DNA of 32,000 bases from Acaryochloris marina S15 (GTDB taxonomy: Bacteria > Cyanobacteriota > Cyanobacteriia > Thermosynechococcales > Thermosynechococcaceae): positions 2,340,001 to 2,372,000 of the forward strand of contig NZ_CP064923.1 in NCBI RefSeq assembly GCF_018336915.1. Reading direction: 5' to 3'. The position numbers and the translations under genes are program-made. The notes beneath the pieces are model-generated. The model searched no databases. It had not been told where the DNA came from and saw nothing but the letters and a program-made list of their open reading frames with translations. Shown here piece after piece: positions 1 to 7,955 of this stretch. Positions within the stretch are counted from its first letter, which is position 1. Every line of letters begins with the position of its first letter.

Positions 1-1376
1 GCTAATCGGCACACTTGCTGGGTGAGGTTTTTAGAAACCCAACCGTCAGGAGATTGAACTTGTAGCCACTTCCCTTGTGAACCGAGCACGGACAGAGGGG
101 TGCCATTATCAACGGTGGCGACGATATTGTCGGGGGTGACTTCTGGACTGGAACGAATGTTCAAGGGAGGATTCGGATCGTTGACGGTGACCCTGCAGTT
201 AGAGGGAAGAGGGTTGACGTTTCTGATGGGGGAAGGAGTCAAGGAGGGGGAGGGCTCAACAGAGGGTTCAACAGAGGCAGAGGGACTCACAGCCGGATCT
301 GTAGATCGGCCATTGAGCCCCGAAAAGTTGGGCATCAGACCGAGGGCGTAAGCACCCCCTAGACCCGATAAACCGACGATGACTGCAGCAATCCACCAAG
401 AACCACGAGAGGGTTGGGGAGGCACGGGTTTTGGACTGACAACATTGGTGGCAGGCAAGTCGGTGGGGTTGGCGTTAGGAATGGGAGCATTGTTGGGAAT
501 GGGAGCACTGTAGATGACGGGCTCGGTGGGAGGAATGGGGGGAGATGAAGGTTGCGAAAGGAGTTGTAAGTCTTGGAGGACGTCTGCCACAGATGGGTAG
601 CGGGTATTGAATTGCGATCGCACCATCCGTTCCAAGATCTCGGCAAACCTGGGGGACGCTTGGGGGGCCAAGGAACGCCACTGAAGCTCCGCCGTTTGTT
701 CATCAAAGGGAAGTTGCATCGGCTCTACCCCCGTTAGGGCCTTGATACCAATCATGCCAACAGCATAAATGTCGCTGTTGAGGCGGGGACGGCCTGATAA
801 TTGCTCACCGGGCATATAGCCCTGGGTGCCGATGCCCACGGTGTAGCCAACGGATTGATCCGCTGGAGCAATTTGAGTGCGGATTTCTTTGACGGCACCG
901 AAATCAATTAAGACTAAATGACCATCGGCTTGCCGACGGATCAGGTTATCGGGCTTGATATCCCGGTGAATGACTTGGTGGTAGTGAACGAAATGCAAGA
1001 CGTTGAGGATTTCTTGCACAATGCCTAGCACCTGAGCTTCGGGTAAGGGTTGGCCCAGGGGCATCTCATCACTCAGGGTCTGACCTTGAATGAATTCCTG
1101 AACGAGATAAAATTCTTTTTGATCTTCAAAGTAGGCGAGGAGCTGAGGAATTTGATCATGGCGTCCCAGCTTCTCCAGCATCTCGGCTTCGGTCCGAAAT
1201 AGCCGCCGGGCCACATCAATAAATTGGGTATCAGAGCTGGCTGGCTTCAGATGCTTAACCACACATTGGGGATTGCCCGGTCGGCGAGTATCTTCAGCAA
1301 TATAGGTTTGGCCAAATCCACCGGCCCCTAAGACTGCCGTAACCTTATAGCGCTGATCAAGTAAAGTACCCAGCAT
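1..1376 (-). CDS. Ser/Thr protein kinase, single-pass membrane protein with C-terminal SH3b-like domain (3' end runs off the left edge)
   Basis: Absent from the ORF track because no stop lies inside the window. My minus-strand translation from the ATG at 1376 stays open to position 3 (458 codons). It shows MLGTLLDQRYKVTAVLGAGGFGQTYIAED..VVKHLKP (Gly loop and VxK), HRDIKPDNLI, DFG and GTQGYMPGE. These are followed by a Pro-rich linker, the TM segment WWIAAVIVGLSGLGGAYALGL, and LNIRSSPE..GKWLQVQSPDGWVSKNL (bacterial SH3 pattern). Confidence 0.9.
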   Translation of the reverse strand, partial: MLGTLLDQRYKVTAVLGAGGFGQTYIAEDTRRPGNPQCVVKHLKPASSDTQFIDVARRLFRTEAEMLEKLGRHDQIPQLLAYFEDQKEFYLVQEFIQGQTLSDEMPLGQPLPEAQVLGIVQEILNVLHFVHYHQVIHRDIKPDNLIRRQADGHLVLIDFGAVKEIRTQIAPADQSVGYTVGIGTQGYMPGEQLSGRPRLNSDIYAVGMIGIKALTGVEPMQLPFDEQTAELQWRSLAPQASPRFAEILERMVRSQFNTRYPSVADVLQDLQLLSQPSSPPIPPTEPVIYSAPIPNNAPIPNANPTDLPATNVVSPKPVPPQPSRGSWWIAAVIVGLSGLGGAYALGLMPNFSGLNGRSTDPAVSPSASVEPSVEPSPSLTPSPIRNVNPLPSNCRVTVNDPNPPLNIRSSPEVTPDNIVATVDNGTPLSVLGSQGKWLQVQSPDGWVSKNLTQQVCRL

Positions 1377-1495
1377 CAAGGCCCCCTGTGCAACACTCCT
1401 GATTCTGGCACACAATGATCTCAGTTCCTGCGGGGTTTACCATCGCGTATCATCAATGGGGCCTTGTTCATATTCTGTTGCTGAACTGAGTTTTC

Positions 1496-2251
1496 ATGCC
1501 TCAAGTGTCTATCATTATGCCCCTGCTCAATGAAGCAACGGTTCTCAGCCGAACCCTTAAGCATCTGATGGCCTTGGAGCCTCCCGCCCATGAGATTATC
1601 TTGGTGGATGGGGGCAGTACTGATACGACGGTTTCCATTGCTCAGCACCATGTTGAGTCCTGGGAAGGGACGAGCTTTTCTGTGGTGACAGCACCGGAGC
1701 GGGGCCGGGCATCGCAGATGAATTACGGGGCTGCGATCGCAACTGGAGACATTCTTTGTTTTCTCCATGCCGATACCCTAGTCCCCGATGATCTAGTCGA
1801 CCTAATGACTCAGACCCTAGCCGATCCTAATACCGTCTGCGGGGGGTTTATTGCTTTGATGTGTGGCGATCAAAGTACCCGCTGGGGCATCACGTTGCAA
1901 AACTACCTAAAAACCTATATTGCCGCCCTGATTGCTCGTCCCCATCTCTTCTTATGTAAGGGATTTAGGGTCTTGTTTGGTGATCAAGTGATGTTCTGTG
2001 ACCAACAAGCATTTTGGAACTGTGACGGCTTTGATCCGGACCTACCCATTATGGAAGATGCAGACTTCTGTATCAGAATTGTTCAACAAGGCAAAATTCG
2101 GCTGGTCAACCGCATTGTCCAAACCTCCGACCGCAGATTGCAGCAATGGGGGGCTTGGAAAGCCACATTTATCTATCACTCGATAGGTTGGCTGTGGCTT
2201 ATGGGTTTACCAGCCGAATTTCTCAAACGCTTTTACGAAGAAATTCGTTAA
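1496..2251 (+). CDS. Family 2 glycosyltransferase (TIGR04283-like subgroup)
   Basis: 251-aa ORF with [37 protein letters not shown]. This is the GT-A/GT2 N-terminal pattern I associate with the TIGR04283 family. The subgroup assignment is from memory and has not been checked by HMM. Confidence 0.8.
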   Translation: MPQVSIIMPLLNEATVLSRTLKHLMALEPPAHEIILVDGGSTDTTVSIAQHHVESWEGTSFSVVTAPERGRASQMNYGAAIATGDILCFLHADTLVPDDLVDLMTQTLADPNTVCGGFIALMCGDQSTRWGITLQNYLKTYIAALIARPHLFLCKGFRVLFGDQVMFCDQQAFWNCDGFDPDLPIMEDADFCIRIVQQGKIRLVNRIVQTSDRRLQQWGAWKATFIYHSIGWLWLMGLPAEFLKRFYEEIR

Positions 2252-3504
2252 GCGTTGCCAGACATTGCAGGGCTAAGGGCTTGCTTGAGCAGATCAGCTT
2301 TATCGGTGGCTTCCCAGGGCAGGTCTATATCAGTCCGACCGAAATGACCATAAGCCGCCACTTCTTGGTAGAACCGACCGCCACGCTCACCGGGGAGTTT
2401 GGTTAAGCCAAAGGTTTGGATCAATCCAGCTGGACGAAGTTCAAAATTTTCTTGAACCACTTGCAGGAGGCGATCTTCGTCAACCTTGCCAGTACCAAAG
2501 GTCTCAATCAAAATGCTGACAGGTCGGGCAACGCCAATGGCGTAACTGAGCTGTACTTCACATTTCTCTGCCAATCCAGCGGCCACAATATTCTTGGCCA
2601 CATATCGGCAGGCATAGGCTGCACTACGGTCTACTTTTGTGGGATCCTTACCGGAGAAAGCGCCACCGCCATGACGGGAATAACCCCCGTAGGTATCTAC
2701 AATAATTTTCCGTCCCGTGAGTCCGGCATCACCTTGAGGGCCTCCCACGACAAATTGGCCCGTGGGATTAACGAGGAACCGAGTATTTTCATCGGGTTTG
2801 ATGTCGATATCGGCAAAGATAGGCAGTACAACTGCATTCCACAGATCTTCCTTAATTTTGGCCTGTACTGCAGCAGGAGCGGTAATATCGCCAATGGTGG
2901 CGTCATGCTGGGTCGAAACCAGAACCGTATCAATCCCTACAGGACGACCATCTTCGTAGGTGACGGTAACCTGAGATTTACCATCCGGTCGTAAATAACC
3001 CAATTGGGTTTTGCGCACGGCTGCCAATCGTCGAGTGACTCGGTGAGCAAGGCTGATGGGCAAGGGCATCAGTTCGGGTGTTTCATTGCAGGCAAACCCG
3101 AACATTAAACCTTGGTCGCCAGCACCAATGGCATCCAGCTCTTGATCGCTTTTTTCTTCGCGAGTTTCCTGAGCTGAATCAACCCCTTGGGCAATATCTG
3201 GAGATTGCTCATCCAATGCCACTAGGACAGAGCAGCTATTAGCTGCAAAGCCATTATCGGAGTCGGTATAACCAATCTCAGTGATTTTTTGACGGACTAA
3301 ATCTACAAAGTTAACTTGGGCTTTAGTGGTAATTTCTCCAGTTAAGAGAACGAGGCCAGTGTTAACTACTACTTCAGCAGCGACCCGACTAGCGGGGTCT
3401 TGAGTGAGTAGAGCATCAAGAATCGTGTCAGAAATTTGATCACAAACCTTATCGGGATGGCCTTCAGTCACAGATTCTGAAGTGAAAAGATAACGCTTAG
3501 GCAA
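2248..3504 (-). CDS. metK: S-adenosylmethionine synthetase
   Basis: [35 protein letters not shown] and [19 protein letters not shown] are canonical MetK motifs. The track ORF starts at a TTG at 3528. I prefer the in-frame TTG at 3504, which has AGGAGG (3519-3514) 9 nt upstream and gives the usual M-x-x-RYLFTSE N-terminus. Confidence 0.97.
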   Translation of the reverse strand: MPKRYLFTSESVTEGHPDKVCDQISDTILDALLTQDPASRVAAEVVVNTGLVLLTGEITTKAQVNFVDLVRQKITEIGYTDSDNGFAANSCSVLVALDEQSPDIAQGVDSAQETREEKSDQELDAIGAGDQGLMFGFACNETPELMPLPISLAHRVTRRLAAVRKTQLGYLRPDGKSQVTVTYEDGRPVGIDTVLVSTQHDATIGDITAPAAVQAKIKEDLWNAVVLPIFADIDIKPDENTRFLVNPTGQFVVGGPQGDAGLTGRKIIVDTYGGYSRHGGGAFSGKDPTKVDRSAAYACRYVAKNIVAAGLAEKCEVQLSYAIGVARPVSILIETFGTGKVDEDRLLQVVQENFELRPAGLIQTFGLTKLPGERGGRFYQEVAAYGHFGRTDIDLPWEATDKADLLKQALSPAMSGNA

Positions 3505-3572
3505 GATCTTGATCCTCCTGAGGAGCAAAGCGAGAGAACAATAATGAGCAAAAATTCCTGTAAGTCCAGAGA

Positions 3573-3578
3573 ATTATA
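3573..3578 (-). promoter_or_regulatory. Candidate -10 box (TATAAT) for metK
   Basis: A perfect TATAAT on the minus strand lies about 70 nt upstream of the proposed metK start, in the 140-nt gap after the HAD gene. I found no good -35 element. Confidence 0.25.
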
Positions 3579-3645
3579 GCATTCTCTTCAGAAAGGACTT
3601 GGAGAGAATGATGTAGAACCCTGCAATTACGATAAGAATAAGATT

Positions 3646-4386
3646 CTATGGACTGATGGTGAGCTGCTGCCAGCTGTCTAAGGAAATATCGGCGAGGTGG
3701 GTGGGGATTGGAGCATGCCATCCCCAAGTGACGAATATGCAACCTGCTGCATCTGCAGATTTTGCCATTTTCATATCTACAGGAGCATCCCCAATCATCA
3801 GAGTTCGGTTGGGGGGTGTCTCCATCTGAGCGCAAATATCAATGAATAAGGAGGGATCGGGTTTCGAAATCGTACCGTCAACACCTTGGGCAGCTTGGAA
3901 TAGTGCTTGCAGATGATAGGTAGCTAAGAATTCTTGGACATTGTCACTACTATCTGCAGATAATATTCCTAACTTCAGCCCTGCCTTTGACAATGTATTT
4001 AAGGTTTCTAAGGAGTTGGCAAGTAGGGGAGTATGCTCTGCTTTCGGTATTAAATAGGTATCGGCTTCATTAAAAGTGGATTCAACCATCTCTAGTGCCT
4101 CTAACCAGTTGCGTCCAGTTGCGGCAACATAGGCGGCAGCAGCAATTTTGTTCTCGTAACGACTCCCCACAGCTAGTAACCCGGCTGGGTTGATATAGGT
4201 CTCTTCTATACCAAAAGCTCGTAATAGGGGGTCTTGAACACCTGGAACTTTTGCTTCTAGAACGCTTGAGCATTTCTGCCCTAAGCTCTTAAGAAAAGAC
4301 TCTACGTCTGCTAATGTGCCATCTTTATCAAAAACGATGGCTTCAATATTGGTAAAGGTATGATCCAGACAGTGAACGGTGGCCAC
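3646..4386 (-). CDS. HAD-superfamily hydrolase (phosphatase-like)
   Basis: 246-aa ORF with motif I FDKDGTLAD, a later SADS segment, and MIGDAPVDMKMAKSA (the GDxxxD-type motif IV). Confidence 0.8.
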   Translation of the reverse strand: MATVHCLDHTFTNIEAIVFDKDGTLADVESFLKSLGQKCSSVLEAKVPGVQDPLLRAFGIEETYINPAGLLAVGSRYENKIAAAAYVAATGRNWLEALEMVESTFNEADTYLIPKAEHTPLLANSLETLNTLSKAGLKLGILSADSSDNVQEFLATYHLQALFQAAQGVDGTISKPDPSLFIDICAQMETPPNRTLMIGDAPVDMKMAKSADAAGCIFVTWGWHAPIPTHLADISLDSWQQLTISP

Positions 4387-4587
4387 AAACAGCTCATTTC
4401 CTACAGTTCTGTGAGCATAGTGTAGAAGATTCCCTGGAGTACGTCTCTAAATAATGTATGGCTCCAGTGTGAATTTTTTTGATGGGGGTATTGTCGAGAT
4501 CTGAATCAGTCCTTCTTCGCGCCCAATCTTGTTTCTGAACGGCTACCTATGAGTTTAATTCGCTGATGTAAATGGGTTGAGATAAAT

Positions 4588-5220
4588 ATGCTATGGGTCA
4601 AAGGAACTGAAGGATATGCGGCAGCTACCGAACGATTTGTTGTAGCGACTCATGGGATCGCATTTCAGGATCTGCATCAATCGATCCTTCAGTTTATCCC
4701 CACCGATCCATCCCATGTATTGGATGTTGGCTCGGGGATTGGCCGAGATGCCGCTGCCCTTGCTGAAATAGGACATACCGTAGTTGCCGTAGAACCCACT
4801 AGGGAATTTCTCTCGGTTGCACAAAGTCTTTATGGCACCAGCATTGAGTGGATCGATGACTCTCTACCGCTATTACAAAGTCTTGAGGACCGCAAGGAAG
4901 GGTTTGATTTTGTCCTGGCATCAGCGGTTTGGCATCATATCGATCAGGATGAACGAAGAATTGCCCTAACGTGCATCGCCGATTTACTACGACCCACAGG
5001 GATTTTTGCCCTCTCTCTGCGTCATGGTCCTGCAGGAGTGGGCACGCATATATTTCCTACGGATGGCCAGGAAACAGTGCAAGAGGCAGAAAGGGTGAAT
5101 TTGAAACCGCTACTCGTATTGGAAAATCAGCCCAGCTTGGTCAAAGGCAAGAAAAATGTGACTTGGACTCGGATTGTTCTACAAAAAGTCTCAGAAAGCT
5201 TACCCAGTGATGAGGCTTGA
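4588..5220 (+). CDS. Class I SAM-dependent methyltransferase
   Basis: 210-aa ORF. VLDVGSGIGRDAAALAEIGHTVVAVEP is the Rossmann SAM-binding motif I and post-I. Confidence 0.75.
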   Translation: MLWVKGTEGYAAATERFVVATHGIAFQDLHQSILQFIPTDPSHVLDVGSGIGRDAAALAEIGHTVVAVEPTREFLSVAQSLYGTSIEWIDDSLPLLQSLEDRKEGFDFVLASAVWHHIDQDERRIALTCIADLLRPTGIFALSLRHGPAGVGTHIFPTDGQETVQEAERVNLKPLLVLENQPSLVKGKKNVTWTRIVLQKVSESLPSDEA

Positions 5221-5222
5221 GG

Positions 5223-5843
5223 TTAGTCTTGGCAATTTAGGCTTTCTTTCTTTTTGGCGATGAATTGTATGACTGAGGCCATGCCAGTATGGTATTTCCC
5301 TTCACAGACTTCCCGCTCAAGTTCCCTCATAAGAATCGGCTCACAGTTCGGAAATTCCTGTTCAACTTTGGCACAGGTCATGAGCATATCGAGATCTTTG
5401 GGGCCGCCCGTATCCCGAGTGATTTGGTTTTCGGAATAGGCTTCAAGCAGGATAATGCCATTGGGTTTTAGACATTGCTCGACTAACGGGTAAAGTCTGT
5501 TCCGAATCACGCTGGGAAGATGGGCTGAGATTGAAATAACCGATCCGTAATGATTTGCTAGTGGCTCAAACAGGCCAAGATCAGCCACTTCTGTTTGGAT
5601 TTCTACGCCTTTTGAATGTGCCAGTCCTTGGGCTTTGGTAAGGCCTACTTCGGAGCCATCCACGCCGTGTACCAAAAATCCTAATGAAGCGAGAAATACA
5701 GCATTTCGTCCTTCCCCTTCCGCCAGAGATAGGACTGGGTTGAGGAGAATATCTGTATGTTCGGCTAGGAATGAATTCGGTTCAGTTCCATATATATAGC
5801 TGTTGTCAGCGTAGCGTTGATTCCACATGTCCAGTATCTTCAC
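5223..5843 (-). CDS. Class I SAM-dependent methyltransferase (TehB-like small MTase)
   Basis: 206-aa ORF with SLAEGEGRNAVFLASLGFLVHGVDGS (variant motif I) and LKPNGIILLEAY. Confidence 0.75.
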   Translation of the reverse strand: MKILDMWNQRYADNSYIYGTEPNSFLAEHTDILLNPVLSLAEGEGRNAVFLASLGFLVHGVDGSEVGLTKAQGLAHSKGVEIQTEVADLGLFEPLANHYGSVISISAHLPSVIRNRLYPLVEQCLKPNGIILLEAYSENQITRDTGGPKDLDMLMTCAKVEQEFPNCEPILMRELEREVCEGKYHTGMASVIQFIAKKKESLNCQD

Positions 5844-5907
5844 TCAACAACAATCTTCAGCACTAACCATCATTGCTAGTTTTTGACTCAAGTTCTGAGT
5901 TAAGGAA

Positions 5908-6303
5908 GTGAATCTGTTGGATGATTTCAATAAACTTCTTTCCAGATTAGGGGATGAGAAGTGTTGCGATCGCATCAACGTATTGGGATTGTCGACTGCT
6001 TTTGAAGACTTTGAACTGTATACTGCGGCGAATACTCAGAAGCTATTGCAGTCTGGCGAGATGGTAGGGGTCACCCAGCAGTATTTCCAGGAAAAGCAGA
6101 TTGAGCGATACGCGATACCGTTAAAGTTTGCGATCTCATTTGATCGTGAAACCTTTCATCTCAATTCTCTACCAGGAACCCCAATCTGGATTCTCTTCGA
6201 TCAAGATTGCAATGTCTTATCCAGCTGTTTTGGACATCGGTCTGAAGAGAAGGTTGAAAACATGCTAAGTCCCTATTTAGGGAGTGCTACCAGTATTTAT
6301 TAA
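5908..6303 (+). CDS. Hypothetical protein
   Basis: 131-aa ORF with no motif I recognise. The start is uncertain: the GTG at 5908 sits only 1 nt after AGGA, and the TTG at 5917 has better spacing. Confidence 0.45.
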   Translation: MNLLDDFNKLLSRLGDEKCCDRINVLGLSTAFEDFELYTAANTQKLLQSGEMVGVTQQYFQEKQIERYAIPLKFAISFDRETFHLNSLPGTPIWILFDQDCNVLSSCFGHRSEEKVENMLSPYLGSATSIY

Positions 6304-6368
6304 AGGGTCAGCAGCGTTCGATAGTACTGATTGGCTTCTAACCATTCAACCGACTGTCTTTACGTCGT

Positions 6369-6680
6369 TTAGGATGGCAGGTGAGTAAGTTGTACGGTTG
6401 GAATGTGACTGTATACATCTCTATTGGTTTCCTGGGCTTGGCGCAAATCATATTGTGTCTGTAAATTCAACCAGAACTGAGCGCTGTTGCCAAAATACTG
6501 TGATAGACGAAGGGCTGTATCAGCGGTAATGCTACGCTTTCCAGACAGTATTTCGCTAATTCTTGTTTGAGCAACACCGATATCCTTACTCAAACGATAA
6601 GGTGTGAGATCTAGTGGCTCAAGAAACTCTAGTTTCAAGATTTCACCGGGATGAATAATTGGCAGACGACCGTTTTCCAT
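6369..6680 (-). CDS. higA: HigA-family antitoxin (XRE-type HTH)
   Basis: IIHPGEILKLEFLEPLDLTPYRLSKDIGVAQTRISEILSGKRSITADTALRLSQYFGNSAQFWLNLQTQYDL is the canonical HigA/VapI pattern. I prefer the ATG at 6680 (MENGRLPIIHPGE), which lies 7 nt after the higB stop. Confidence 0.9.
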   Translation of the reverse strand: MENGRLPIIHPGEILKLEFLEPLDLTPYRLSKDIGVAQTRISEILSGKRSITADTALRLSQYFGNSAQFWLNLQTQYDLRQAQETNRDVYSHIPTVQLTHLPS

Positions 6681-6687
6681 GTTCTTC

Positions 6688-6972
6688 TCAATGGTAATCA
6701 ACGATTTCAACTTGATCAGCATCATTTTCCGCTGTCCAGGTAAAGCAGATCCGCCATTGGCTATTGATACGGATACTGTATTGTCCCTGGCGATCTCTCA
6801 CTAGCTTCTCTAATCGATTTCCTGGAGGAATACGCAAATCATTCACTGATGTCGCGGCATCAAGTATGAGGAGTTTGCGTAGTGCAATCTTTTGGATATC
6901 GGGTGGGTATACACGAGATGTGGAGCCATCGAAGATAAGCTTAGTTTCTTTGGAGCTAAAGCCTACTATCAT
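6688..6972 (-). CDS. higB: HigB-family toxin (RelE/ParE superfamily, plasmid maintenance system killer)
   Basis: MIVGFSSKETKLIF..IQKIALRKLLILDAATSVNDLRIPPGNRLEKL..RDRQGQYSIRINSQWRICF matches the HigB pattern. The toxin gene precedes the antitoxin gene, as in hig loci. I prefer the ATG at 6972 to the upstream TTG at 7002. Confidence 0.88.
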   Translation of the reverse strand: MIVGFSSKETKLIFDGSTSRVYPPDIQKIALRKLLILDAATSVNDLRIPPGNRLEKLVRDRQGQYSIRINSQWRICFTWTAENDADQVEIVDYH

Positions 6973-7097
6973 AATAGTACTGCGAGGCGTTACTATTGCC
7001 AAGCAATACTACTGTATTTCCAGCATAGTGAGCAAAGATAACTACATAAAAAGCGAGGTGGTTTTACGTTCGCAGCAGCGAGAAAAGCACCTTAATC

Positions 7098-7418
7098 CTA
7101 TATCGGCTTGACTAAAGCAGGATTTGCAAGAACTGCAGGATGGACTGTTAGGCGAAATTGCCTCTTTAAAGGCTCTTTAGAGTCTCTGAATTGTAGTATG
7201 ACCGCCTCAATGGTGGAGCCAATTTCTAGATTTGGCTTTTCTGAAGGCTCAAGTAATACAGTTTCAATAAGTCCACGAATTTCAATTCCCGGTATATCTA
7301 TAAAATAGCCAAAATGGACATGGCTGCGAACATTAACCCTTACCTTTTTGCCTCTTGGGAAGCATTTGTTTACTTCACTTGTAGGGGTGATCATTTTTGA
7401 CCTTAATTTTGTTGACAT
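7098..7418 (-). CDS. Small S1/OB-fold-like protein (hypothetical)
   Basis: 106-aa ORF. GKKVRVNVRSHVHFGYFIDIPGIEIRGLIE..EIGSTIEAVILQF..RQFRLTV follows the spacing of an S1 RNA-binding domain (GxxVxGxV..FGxFV..GLxH..GxxVxVxV..RxxLS). An alternative ATG at 7394 has an AAGG upstream. Confidence 0.5.
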   Translation of the reverse strand: MSTKLRSKMITPTSEVNKCFPRGKKVRVNVRSHVHFGYFIDIPGIEIRGLIETVLLEPSEKPNLEIGSTIEAVILQFRDSKEPLKRQFRLTVHPAVLANPALVKPI

Positions 7419-7451
7419 TTACCTTGAGCATTTATTTTTTAACTTAGGTTG

Positions 7452-7877
7452 TTAGGGGATGGGTAATCGTCGCATGATGCTGACTTCCACCTTCCGCTTT
7501 CGATATCCCTCAAATCTTTTTTGGAGAAAGTCTGGTATCTCCTTTAATAGGGCTGTGTCAAATCCACCCAGTCGATAAAATTCCACTAGATGTGTCCAAG
7601 GGATGCAGTAACAAATCTGATCGCTAAGTTGCTTGACACAGGCTTGAAGGAGTTGGCGACCAATCCCCTGCCCTTGAGAAGGCTTCATCACTTGCATGCC
7701 ACGGAGGACAGTCACTTTATTCTCTGGACAAAGCCGTACTACGCCCGCAAGTTGCGTTTCTAAATACGCCATCAAGATTAAATCTTCTTTTTGACATCCA
7801 CCACCATAGCGGCACTGACTATAAAACGTTTTGACTGCTTCTAAATCATGTAATTTTGCTTGGCGAATGAGCAGCAT
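7452..7877 (-). CDS. GNAT-family N-acetyltransferase
   Basis: 141-aa ORF with VMKPSQGQGIGRQLLQACV (the acetyl-CoA-binding Q/RxxGxG/A motif) and FYRLGGF. Confidence 0.85.
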   Translation of the reverse strand: MLLIRQAKLHDLEAVKTFYSQCRYGGGCQKEDLILMAYLETQLAGVVRLCPENKVTVLRGMQVMKPSQGQGIGRQLLQACVKQLSDQICYCIPWTHLVEFYRLGGFDTALLKEIPDFLQKRFEGYRKRKVEVSIMRRLPIP

Positions 7878-7955
7878 CAGTTTTGAGAATTAATGACATT
7901 CTAGAAATTTTATCTAAATTCTTCATGAAATCCAGGATTTAAATCAGTTTTCTTG

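Noticed and set aside
100-706. Track ORFs 100-351(+), 359-706(-) and 475-681(-)
   Set aside because: They lie in wrong frames or antisense within the Pro-rich C-terminal half of the edge-truncated kinase. The kinase frame is continuous from 1376 to the window edge and explains the open frames.
1421-1768. 115-aa minus-strand ORF overlapping the glycosyltransferase start
   Set aside because: It is antisense to a gene with clear GT2 motifs and has no motifs of its own. It would also span the divergent promoter region.
2416-2994. 192-aa plus-strand ORF (and 2697-2933, 2762-2959) inside metK
   Set aside because: They are antisense or alternative frames of an unmistakable metK, with low-complexity translations.
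3497-3835. 112-aa minus-strand ORF bridging the HAD gene and the metK leader
   Set aside because: It overlaps the HAD hydrolase 3' end out of frame, runs through the metK promoter and SD, and has Cys/Arg-rich composition atypical of real proteins.
6764-7308. Plus-strand ORFs 6764-7111 and 7108-7308
   Set aside because: They are antisense to higB and to the S1-like gene. The minus-strand genes have family motifs and these do not.
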